This document shows positions 8,850-16,456 of a stretch of DNA of 64,000 bases, piece after piece (the stretch's first letter is position 1; every line of letters starts with the position of its first letter). Origin of the DNA: Patescibacteria group bacterium (GTDB taxonomy: Bacteria > Patescibacteriota > Saccharimonadia > Saccharimonadales > 2-12-FULL-41-12); the NCBI GenBank assembly GCA_038064875.1, contig JBBTSC010000001.1:507004-571003 (forward strand), in the 5' to 3' direction. The translations under genes and the position numbers were made by a program. The notes beneath the pieces are model-generated. The model worked only from the letters and a program-made list of their open reading frames with translations, had not been told where the DNA came from and did not search any database.

Positions 8850-10763
8850 TTATTTTTCTTTTTTGTCGTCTTTTTCGTCTTCTACTACTTCGCCTTCTAT
8901 TGGTTCGTCTTTTTCAGATTTCTTTTCATCGCCTTTGACGTCCGCTTCTTCTTTTGCAGCTTCTTCATACATTTTGGCGCCGATAGGCATGATCACATCG
9001 TTCAATTTCTTTAGTGCTGTCTCAATCGCTTCTTTATCTGCCGTTTCATCAGATTGAACTTTTTTAGCTGACTCTACTGCGTCGTCAATAGCCTTTTGGT
9101 CATCCTCAGAAATCTTTTCTTTGTTGTCGTTCTTTAGTTTCTCAGCTTGGTAAACTGCGTTTTCTAGAGCGTTTCTGACCTCGATAACTTCTCTTTTAGC
9201 TTTGTCCTCGTCTGCGTGAGCTTCTGCTTCTTTTTGAGCTTTTTCGACGTCTTCTTTAGACAAATTACCACTGTTTTGGATTGTGATACTTTGTTCTTTG
9301 CCAGAACCTTTGTCCTTGGCAGTTACGTTCAGAATTCCGTTGGCATCTAGGTTAAAAATAACTTCAATCTGCGGAACACCACGTGGTGCAGGCGGGATAC
9401 CATCTAGCACAAATCGTCCAAGTGATTTGTTATCCGCAACCATACCACGCTCTCCCTGAACCACGTGGATTTCTACCTGTGGCTGGTTATCAGCAGCGGT
9501 GGAGAATACCTCGCTCTTGCTTGTTGGGATAGTTGTGTTTCTCTCGATCAATTTTGTAGCCACACCGCCTAGAGTCTCAATACCGAGGCTTAGCGGAGTA
9601 ACATCTAGTAGCAATACGTCCTTAACATCACCTGCCAACACTCCACCTTGGATAGCAGCACCGACAGCAACAACTTCGTCTGGGTTGACTCCTTGTTTTG
9701 GATCTTTGCCAAAAATACTTTTGACCTTTTCGATCACGGCTGGCATACGAGTCATGCCACCTACTAAAATTACTTCGTTGATATCGCTAGCTTTTAGCTT
9801 GGCGTCTTTCAGAGCTTTCTCTACTGGACTTGCAGTTCCATCGATAAGATCAGCAACTAGCTCGACCAATTTTGCACGAGTTAGCTTGTACTCAAAGTGC
9901 TTTGGCCCATCTGCATCAGCAGTCAAGAACGGCAAGTTAATATCTGCAACTTCAGTGGTAGAGAGCTCTTTTTTAGCCTTTTCTGCCTCTTCTTTAAGTC
10001 GTTGCATAGCAGCCTTGTCGTCTTTAACATCAATACCTGATTCTTTCTTGAACTCATCGACAAAGTGGTTGACGATCCTAAGGTCAAAGTCCTCACCACC
10101 AAGGTGTGTGTCACCATTTGTGCTCAGTACTTCAAAAACGCCGTCACCAAGTTGAAGGATAGATACGTCGAATGTCCCACCACCAAGATCGAACACAGCG
10201 ATCTTTTCTTCCTTGCCTTTGTCTAGTCCGTACGCCAGTGCCGCAGCAGTTGGCTCGTTGATAATCCTCTTTACTTCCAAGCCCGCGATCTTACCTGCGT
10301 CTTTGGTAGCTTGACGTTGAGAGTCATCGAAATATGCAGGAACGGTGATAACCGCCTCTGTTACTGGCTCGCCGAGAAATGCTTCTGCATCAGCCTTTAA
10401 CTTGCTAAGTATCATTGCACTGACTTCTTCTGGACTGTAACCTTTACCAGACATTTCTACTTGTACAGCTGTGCCCTTTTTCTCAATCTTAAATGGCATC
10501 AGCTTGATATCTTTTTGAACTTCCTTGTCGCTAAATTTACGACCAATAAGTCTCTTAACACCAAATATTGTGTTAGTAGCATTAGTCACACGCTGACGGT
10601 TGGCTACCTGTCCGACAAGTCGCTCGGCGTTTTTGTTGATAGCTACAACACTCGGTGTAGTACGGTTCCCCTCGCTGTTAGCGATAATCTCTGGCTTACC
10701 AGATTGCATCACAGCCATAGCACTGTTAGTTGTACCAAGGTCTATTCCTATAATTTTTCCCAC
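8850..10763 (-). CDS. dnaK: Molecular chaperone DnaK (Hsp70)
   Basis: 637 aa ORF with [17 protein letters not shown] and an acidic C-terminal tail. GTG start at 10763 with the AAGAGGAGA SD (10779-10771). Confidence 0.97.
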   Translation of the reverse strand: MGKIIGIDLGTTNSAMAVMQSGKPEIIANSEGNRTTPSVVAINKNAERLVGQVANRQRVTNATNTIFGVKRLIGRKFSDKEVQKDIKLMPFKIEKKGTAVQVEMSGKGYSPEEVSAMILSKLKADAEAFLGEPVTEAVITVPAYFDDSQRQATKDAGKIAGLEVKRIINEPTAAALAYGLDKGKEEKIAVFDLGGGTFDVSILQLGDGVFEVLSTNGDTHLGGEDFDLRIVNHFVDEFKKESGIDVKDDKAAMQRLKEEAEKAKKELSTTEVADINLPFLTADADGPKHFEYKLTRAKLVELVADLIDGTASPVEKALKDAKLKASDINEVILVGGMTRMPAVIEKVKSIFGKDPKQGVNPDEVVAVGAAIQGGVLAGDVKDVLLLDVTPLSLGIETLGGVATKLIERNTTIPTSKSEVFSTAADNQPQVEIHVVQGERGMVADNKSLGRFVLDGIPPAPRGVPQIEVIFNLDANGILNVTAKDKGSGKEQSITIQNSGNLSKEDVEKAQKEAEAHADEDKAKREVIEVRNALENAVYQAEKLKNDNKEKISEDDQKAIDDAVESAKKVQSDETADKEAIETALKKLNDVIMPIGAKMYEEAAKEEADVKGDEKKSEKDEPIEGEVVEDEKDDKKEK

Positions 10764-10804
10764 TGTTTTTTCTCCTCTTAATATCGTATTTTGTTACTAT
10801 TATT

Positions 10805-10831
10805 TTAGCACTCATGTGCTTATAGTGCCAG
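10805..10831 (-). promoter_or_regulatory. Degenerate second CIRCE-like inverted repeat over the predicted dnaK transcription start
   Basis: The minus strand reads CTGGCACTA-N9-GAGTGCTAA. The right arm is perfect and the left arm matches 6/9 of the consensus TTAGCACTC-N9-GAGTGCTAA. It lies immediately after the -10. Confidence 0.45.
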
Positions 10832-10858
10832 TATAATAAACTAGCACTCTCATGTCAA
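10830..10858 (-). promoter_or_regulatory. dnaK promoter TTGACA-17-TATACT
   Basis: -35 TTGACA is the complement of 10858-10853. -10 TATACT is the complement of 10835-10830. The spacer is 17 nt. Confidence 0.7.
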
Positions 10859-10867
10859 GAGTGCTAA
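10841..10867 (-). promoter_or_regulatory. CIRCE operator (HrcA binding site) upstream of dnaK
   Basis: The minus strand reads TTAGCACTC-TTGACATGA-GAGTGCTAG, which matches 17/18 of the CIRCE consensus. The spacer contains the -35 hexamer. Confidence 0.85.
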
Positions 10868-11068
10868 CAGATTTATTTGATCGGGCTATAGTTTTAGTGA
10901 AGAATACGCTAATTTATGAGACTCTGAGCGATGTGTGGCCGTGGCTACACTGAGCTGAATCGGAATAAATTAGTTAGTGTTATTTGCTACAAATATAGTT
11001 CTAGCAGATAAATCTGCTTAGTATTCTTGACATGGGTCAAGAGTGCTAGTTAGTATGATATTTATATC

Positions 11069-11509
11069 TTATTGTTTATCTTGATCTACTAGTTTGTGAG
11101 CTGTCTTAAGTGATCGAATCACACTCCAAAGAGACAGCTTATCAAAATTATCAGCTGTACCATGCGGATTAAATAACCTTACATTTTTACCCTGACCATC
11201 GGGTACAGTCTCATCAATGTCCTTCTCTGTTATGAGATTGATCTCTCCGGTGTCTTCATCACGATCAATATGAATATGTTTCCATACTACACTTCCATTA
11301 CCTCTGGGCATCTTGACATCAACCCTGTGAGGAACAGCGTTAACATCAATTGGTTCTACGGACAGGTAATCAGGAAGCGTATCACACAGATCTTTGATTC
11401 GCTCCAGCTGATACGTTCTAAGACTATCTTTTAGTAATTCAAACGGTGTTCTGAGACCAGGCTGGACTCCTTCCATTGGCTCTGGATCTTTGAGTAATTC
11501 TACACTCAT
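11069..11509 (-). CDS. Hypothetical protein between grpE and dnaK
   Basis: 146 aa ORF, acidic, with no recognisable motif. Confidence 0.55.
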   Translation of the reverse strand: MSVELLKDPEPMEGVQPGLRTPFELLKDSLRTYQLERIKDLCDTLPDYLSVEPIDVNAVPHRVDVKMPRGNGSVVWKHIHIDRDEDTGEINLITEKDIDETVPDGQGKNVRLFNPHGTADNFDKLSLWSVIRSLKTAHKLVDQDKQ

Positions 11510-11564
11510 AATAACTACACATTGTATACGGCAACTGTTCTTTTACCAAGCATAAGTGTTTCCC

Positions 11565-12041
11565 TTAAGACTTTTTGACTTTGACCATAGCGTGACGGAT
11601 GACTTCTTCGCCTAGTGTGTAGCCTGGCTGAAGTTCTTCGCTGACTATTTCGTGATCGCCACCTTCGTCTTCCATACTGACAGCTTCGTGGATCTCTGGG
11701 TTAAAAGGCTCACCTACAGTCTTAATTTTTTTAACACCGATATCTGTCAATGCCTTTTCAAACTGTTTTACGACTCCGCTGACGCCTTTTACATAGTCAT
11801 GCCCTTCGATGTCTTTTGGTGCGTGTTTTAATGCTCTCTCTAGATTATCTATTGCTGGCAATAAATCACTTATTACTCCTGCTTTTACGCCAGATTTCAA
11901 ACTTGAAAGCTGTTGTTCGTACCGACGGCGAATATTCATAGAATCTGCTCGTTCACGTTGTAGAGATTCCGTTAGCTCGGCGACTTCCTTCGCAAGCTCC
12001 TCAGCTATTTGCCGATCCTCAGACTTCACTTTTTTACTCAT
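11565..12041 (-). CDS. grpE: Nucleotide exchange factor GrpE
   Basis: 158 aa ORF with a coiled-coil N-terminus, the LLPAIDNLERAL motif and a C-terminal beta domain. ATGA overlap with the upstream ORF at 12038-12041. Confidence 0.9.
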   Translation of the reverse strand: MSKKVKSEDRQIAEELAKEVAELTESLQRERADSMNIRRRYEQQLSSLKSGVKAGVISDLLPAIDNLERALKHAPKDIEGHDYVKGVSGVVKQFEKALTDIGVKKIKTVGEPFNPEIHEAVSMEDEGGDHEIVSEELQPGYTLGEEVIRHAMVKVKKS

Positions 12042-12364
12042 GATATTTCCCCCATGCTTGCCGTCAGTGACTCTTTCCGTATCCCTATTGCTGTATGAAG
12101 CGCTAAATTAACATATGCATCAACCATGTTGATATCACTTGGAAAGTTCTCTTTTATTATTTCTTCTGTTCTGGTTATTATTGATTCTCTTGCTTGATCT
12201 ATCTCTTCTTGAGTTGTTGCATCAAACCCCCCATTTCTATCCCAAAATTCAAGATGGTCTGCCCACATATCCAGAATAGGTGTAACTTGAGGTAAACGCT
12301 CAAAAACATCTTCCCGCCTTCTCTGGTCGCTTTTTTCGTGAGCAGGAACGCTATATGCTTCCAT
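12038..12364 (-). CDS. Hypothetical protein between hrcA and grpE
   Basis: 108 aa ORF with a GGAGAAG SD 8-9 nt upstream of the ATG. Its stop overlaps the grpE start (ATGA). Confidence 0.6.
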   Translation of the reverse strand: MEAYSVPAHEKSDQRRREDVFERLPQVTPILDMWADHLEFWDRNGGFDATTQEEIDQARESIITRTEEIIKENFPSDINMVDAYVNLALHTAIGIRKESLTASMGEIS

Positions 12365-12383
12365 CTAGTATCTTCTCCATTTT

Positions 12384-13082
12384 CTACTCATAAATAGCTT
12401 CCTCTAGGGATTCGCCTGTCCTTTTGACTAAATTCATTACGCCTTTGTAGCTCTGCCGTGTTGGACCGAGTACACCTATGTAGCTGTTGTCGCTATATGG
12501 ACTTCTGAATTTGCTGATGATCAAACTACAGCCACTGTTACGACCAATTGGGTTTTCTTGTCCGATAAATACGCTGAGTGGTTCGTTTGGCTTTGCCTCA
12601 TGTAGCCATGGCTCTAAATTATCTAGTAAGCTGGCGACTTCGCGGACAGCTCCCCCGCTAGAAAACTCTGGTTGAGCAAAAAGATTTGTCAGCCCTGACA
12701 TATACAGTTGGTTGCCGATAGTCGCAAGGCCTAGGTTATGTGTCATTTCTACAAGCGTATCGACTGCACTGCGTATAGTTCGCTCAGGGGCATTGTTGTC
12801 GCTAACTCGTGCAGAAAGCGCACGCTCTGTCCTTTTATCTACTGAAGTTTCGTCACTAAGTGTGTTGACATAATATCTATAGCCTTTGTCTGTAGGGATA
12901 CGACCGGCACTGGTATGAGGTTGTGTGATGAGGCCAAGTCTCTCCAGCTCTGCCATTTCTGCGCGAATCGTCGCACTAGATACACCAAAGACCTTAGCCA
13001 AAAGACTTGAGCCGACTGGACTTGCTACTTCTGCATATTGTTCAATTATCGATTTTAGGATTAGTTCTTGTCTAGGACTCAT
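12384..13082 (-). CDS. hrcA: Heat-inducible transcription repressor HrcA (compact 232 aa form)
   Basis: N-terminal winged-helix region (GSSLLAKVFGVSSATIRAEMAELERLGLITQPHTSAGRIPTDKGYRYY) and C-terminal IGVLGPTRQSYKGVMNLV motif. A CIRCE lies upstream. Confidence 0.85.
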   Translation of the reverse strand: MSPRQELILKSIIEQYAEVASPVGSSLLAKVFGVSSATIRAEMAELERLGLITQPHTSAGRIPTDKGYRYYVNTLSDETSVDKRTERALSARVSDNNAPERTIRSAVDTLVEMTHNLGLATIGNQLYMSGLTNLFAQPEFSSGGAVREVASLLDNLEPWLHEAKPNEPLSVFIGQENPIGRNSGCSLIISKFRSPYSDNSYIGVLGPTRQSYKGVMNLVKRTGESLEEAIYE

Positions 13083-13091
13083 GATGAGCTA

Positions 13092-13120
13092 ATTATATAA
13101 ATTTAGCAGTCTGAGGTCAA
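13092..13120 (-). promoter_or_regulatory. hrcA promoter TTGACC-17-TATAAT, near-leaderless
   Basis: -35 is the complement of 13120-13115 and sits inside the CIRCE spacer. -10 is the complement of 13097-13092. The ATG at 13082 is 9 nt after the -10. Confidence 0.65.
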
Positions 13121-13129
13121 GAGTGCTAG
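13103..13129 (-). promoter_or_regulatory. CIRCE operator upstream of hrcA
   Basis: The minus strand reads CTAGCACTC-TTGACCTCA-GACTGCTAA, which matches 16/18 of the consensus. It overlaps the stop codon of the upstream ORF at 13126-13128. Confidence 0.8.
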
Positions 13130-13602
13130 ATGATGTTAGGCATGTCTTTAAGGCGAGCACGTACAATTTCCTGAGCTTCAACCATATCTCGCTCTGGAAC
13201 TTTGGGAAGATCAGGATACATATCAACATAATGAGAAAGTCTCAGTATTGGATCACCATATATAACAAGACCTCCTTTAAATAAGTTGAGTGAAGAATCT
13301 AGCGGAGTTATCTCTAAAGCTTGAGTATTGCTATTTGCATTGACTATTGCTGTACCCGCGAGAGTCATCACATGAGCATATGCTTCATACGGATTAGGGT
13401 GGACCAAAAAACCCGTTTCTCCTTCAAGTTCTTCTAAAATAGTCGCGATAAAGAATGCCCTCGGAACACAGTTTGCAGTCCCTGTATCAAGAGCTTCGAG
13501 CGGATTAACCTGCCTTTCATCAAAATGAGGCAATGCAGTTGCACAAAAATATCCAGCTTTCTCCATCGCAGGAGTAACCAAATCAGCTGATCTAGCATTC
13601 AT
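13126..13602 (-). CDS. Hypothetical protein (possible Cys/His hydrolase-like core)
   Basis: 158 aa ORF. The motif GTANCVPRAFFIATIL followed by YAHVMT resembles a transglutaminase-like Cys...His arrangement, but this is weak. Confidence 0.5.
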   Translation of the reverse strand: MNARSADLVTPAMEKAGYFCATALPHFDERQVNPLEALDTGTANCVPRAFFIATILEELEGETGFLVHPNPYEAYAHVMTLAGTAIVNANSNTQALEITPLDSSLNLFKGGLVIYGDPILRLSHYVDMYPDLPKVPERDMVEAQEIVRARLKDMPNII

Positions 13603-13610
13603 AATATAAT

Positions 13611-13638
13611 ATTATACAAGGATTTAACTAAAAGTCAA
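13611..13638 (-). promoter_or_regulatory. Promoter TTGACT-16-TATAAT for ORF 13126-13602
   Basis: -35 is the complement of 13638-13633 and -10 is the complement of 13616-13611. The ATG at 13602 is 8 nt after the -10. Confidence 0.65.
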
Positions 13639-13641
13639 GTA

Positions 13642-13857
13642 TTAGCCTACTAAATAATACTGGCCGTGTTCACTATCTACGTATTCAAGTCCTGAGTCAT
13701 TGTGATAATCTTCGCCAAATATACTTCTCAGATGTCCTTCTGACTCTTCTTCGAGATCAACTAGTAATTTCGCGCTATCTTGATCTGGGTTTAAGTCGAA
13801 TGATATAAGTTGCTCATCTTCATCTATTGCTTTAGCACGTACTAATTCTTTAATCAT
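13642..13857 (-). CDS. Hypothetical small acidic protein
   Basis: 71 aa ORF downstream of a consensus promoter. Confidence 0.45.
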   Translation of the reverse strand: MIKELVRAKAIDEDEQLISFDLNPDQDSAKLLVDLEEESEGHLRSIFGEDYHNDSGLEYVDSEHGQYYLVG

Positions 13858-13911
13858 TTGTTTCTCGCTTTCTATTTGTTTTTACTATTTATTTTTGTTT
13901 ACTAGGATTAC

Positions 13912-13940
13912 ACTATAGCATAAGCGATATAATTTGTCAA
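13912..13940 (-). promoter_or_regulatory. Promoter TTGACA-17-TATAGT
   Basis: -35 is the complement of 13940-13935 and -10 is the complement of 13917-13912, with an exact 17 nt spacer. Confidence 0.65.
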
Positions 13941-13963
13941 TGTACGAATTGTCTTGTTGTGTT

Positions 13964-14662
13964 CTAGAGGTTTTGCAGGATTTGTTCTGCGATTTCTCTA
14001 CCCTGAGCCTGATAATCAGGATCTGATGGCCCACCTTTTGCTAATCTATCGACTGCATGTACTGCACGAGATAGTTCGTCATTTACGACAAATTGAAAAT
14101 AATCTTTACTGAGTGCCAGTTCTATTTCCTCACGGGCTATCCTACGACGTCTCGCCAAGTCTTCTTGATCAATGCCATGTTTGTATCTGTTAAGTAGTCT
14201 AGTTTGCCATATCTCGTAGTCAGGCGGAACAACAAAAACTACTTTAATATTTTGAGAAATATTCCAGTATTCTTGAACACCTTGCACTTCTATGTCAGTG
14301 ATGGCTATTTTGTTGTCGTCACGCGCCTTTTTGATCTCTGACGCACTGGTGCCATAGACGTTCTGACCATAAAGTTTGGCTTCAACAAACTCCTGATTTT
14401 TTACCATATCTATAACTCGCTGATTGTCTACAAAATGATATTCAACCCCATCCTGCTCCATCACACCATAGTTCTCACGAGGACGGCGGGTTGTGTGCGA
14501 AATTATCCGGTGATAATCTCCTGACTTTAAAAGCTCATTAATAATGGTGTTCTTGCCAGCACCAGAAATACCAACGACAAAAAGTAATTTGTGTGATCGA
14601 ACGATCTCGATTACTTCCTCACCAGGTTTGTAATCAACCAAAAGTTTTTTCAACTCTTCCAT
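13964..14662 (-). CDS. gmk: Guanylate kinase-like protein
   Basis: P-loop GISGAGKNT and ISHTTRRPRENYG..GVEYHFV motifs. TATAAT (14675-14670) lies 7 nt upstream of the ATG. Confidence 0.8.
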   Translation of the reverse strand: MEELKKLLVDYKPGEEVIEIVRSHKLLFVVGISGAGKNTIINELLKSGDYHRIISHTTRRPRENYGVMEQDGVEYHFVDNQRVIDMVKNQEFVEAKLYGQNVYGTSASEIKKARDDNKIAITDIEVQGVQEYWNISQNIKVVFVVPPDYEIWQTRLLNRYKHGIDQEDLARRRRIAREEIELALSKDYFQFVVNDELSRAVHAVDRLAKGGPSDPDYQAQGREIAEQILQNL

Positions 14663-14677
14663 TTGTTTAATTATACA

Positions 14678-16453
14678 CTAGTCTCTCTTGAGCATTACGG
14701 TGAAAGCTTCTGCTGGAATATCGACTGTGCCAAATCTTTTCATTCTGGCTTTTCCGCGCTTTTGTTTTTCTAGAAGTTTTTTCCGCCGAGTTACGTCACC
14801 GCCATATAATTTGGCCGTCACATCTTTTCGGTATCCGCTGAGGTCTTCGCGGGCAATGAACTTTCCGCCAATCGCTGCCTGCAGTGCTACCTTGAAGTTC
14901 TGACGAGGGATGATTTCTTTAAGTTTACCGACGGTTTCCCTGCCTAAACTTTGTGCTTCGGATCTGTGACACATGACACTCAGTGCTCCAACAATATCAC
15001 CAGCCACGTAAAAATCTACCCTCACCAGATCTTCGGCTCGATAATCTTCGAGCTCGTAGTTGAATGAGCCATAGCCACTGGTTACGCTCTTTAGTTGATC
15101 ATAAAAATCAGTCAAAAGATTTGCGAGTGGTGCTTCAAAATCTATAATCGCTAGATGTTCATCTACATAACCTAGATTCTTCTGAAAACCACGCTTGCTG
15201 GTAATCAGGCTGAGCACTCCACCAACGTAGTCTTTCGGCACAACAATCTCGCCCTTTATCCAAGGCTCTCGGATTTCAACGATCTTGCTTGGTTCTGGCA
15301 GTTCACTGGCTGACTTAATATCCAGAGTCTCTCCACTAACCAAGCTGACTTGGTAATCAGAAGATGGATTTGTAACAATCAGACTTAAGTTATATTCACG
15401 CTCTAACCGCTCACGCACAATATCCATATGGAGAAGTCCCAAAAAGCCTATACGCATACCAAATCCGAGCACTGGCGAATTCTCTGGGATAAATTGTAGT
15501 GCTGAATCGCTCAATGATAATTTCTCAACTGCCTCTTTGAGCTCTTGATAATACTCGTTACTCTCGGGAAAGAATCCAGCATAGACAAATGGCTTCACAT
15601 CTTTATAGCCTGGTAGTGCCTCTGCGATATTGTCTGATACGAGTGTTACTGTGTCACCAACTTTCGCCTCACGTGTTGTCTTGAGGTTAGTCACGATATA
15701 ACCAATCTCACCAGTCTCTAAAGCCTTGCTGGGCTTCATGGCTGGCTGAAGACTACCAACTTCCAGCGCTATGCCTTCTGCGTTTGTCGCCATCATTTTG
15801 ATATTTGCGTTCTTAGATATTTGACCATCTATGATCCTGACGTAGAGTATCACTCCTCTATAATCATCATAATAGCTGTCAAAAATTAAAGCTCTCGATG
15901 CTGTATCTGAACTTCCAGTTGGCGCAGGGACTTTTTCGATTATGGCATCCAAAACTTCATCAACACCATCACCCGTCTTGGCAGATATCAAGAGAATATC
16001 TTCTTTCTGGCATCCAATAAGACTGATGACTTCCTTGCTGACTTTTTCTACATCAGCAGCTGGTAAATCTATTTTATTAAGCACTGGGATGATAGTCAGA
16101 TCAGCTTCCATCGCCAAGTATAGGTTCGCCAACGTTTGAGCTTGGATGCCCTGAGACGCATCCACAACCAACACCGCTCCCTCACAGGCTTGAAGACTTC
16201 GTGATACTTCATAGCTAAAATCTACGTGCCCAGGAGTATCGATCAAATTAAGTTGATAATCTTTATGGTTCATTCGAACGGGGGCTAACTTTATAGTTAT
16301 CCCTTTTTCACGTTCTAGATCCATCTTGTCCAGATGTTGTGCCTTCATATCCCTTTTCTGGACGGTGCCTGTGAGCTCTAGCAAGCGGTCTGCCAAAGTT
16401 GATTTGCCATGGTCTATATGTGCGATTATACAAAAGTTACGAATTTGTTTCAT
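14678..16453 (-). CDS. lepA: Translation elongation factor 4 (LepA)
   Basis: 591 aa ORF with MKQIRNFCIIAHIDHGKSTLADRLL, DTPGHVDF and the LepA C-terminal domain. Confidence 0.95.
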   Translation of the reverse strand: MKQIRNFCIIAHIDHGKSTLADRLLELTGTVQKRDMKAQHLDKMDLEREKGITIKLAPVRMNHKDYQLNLIDTPGHVDFSYEVSRSLQACEGAVLVVDASQGIQAQTLANLYLAMEADLTIIPVLNKIDLPAADVEKVSKEVISLIGCQKEDILLISAKTGDGVDEVLDAIIEKVPAPTGSSDTASRALIFDSYYDDYRGVILYVRIIDGQISKNANIKMMATNAEGIALEVGSLQPAMKPSKALETGEIGYIVTNLKTTREAKVGDTVTLVSDNIAEALPGYKDVKPFVYAGFFPESNEYYQELKEAVEKLSLSDSALQFIPENSPVLGFGMRIGFLGLLHMDIVRERLEREYNLSLIVTNPSSDYQVSLVSGETLDIKSASELPEPSKIVEIREPWIKGEIVVPKDYVGGVLSLITSKRGFQKNLGYVDEHLAIIDFEAPLANLLTDFYDQLKSVTSGYGSFNYELEDYRAEDLVRVDFYVAGDIVGALSVMCHRSEAQSLGRETVGKLKEIIPRQNFKVALQAAIGGKFIAREDLSGYRKDVTAKLYGGDVTRRKKLLEKQKRGKARMKRFGTVDIPAEAFTVMLKRD

Positions 16454-16456
16454 GGA

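Noticed and set aside
8863-10836. Five plus-strand ORFs (8863-9057, 9499-10155, 10461-10781, 10600-10836) and one alternative-frame minus ORF (9923-10117) overlapping dnaK
   Set aside because: They lie entirely inside the strongly supported dnaK frame. Their translations are Ser/Thr/Leu-rich low-complexity mirror-frame artefacts, and they have no start-site signals.
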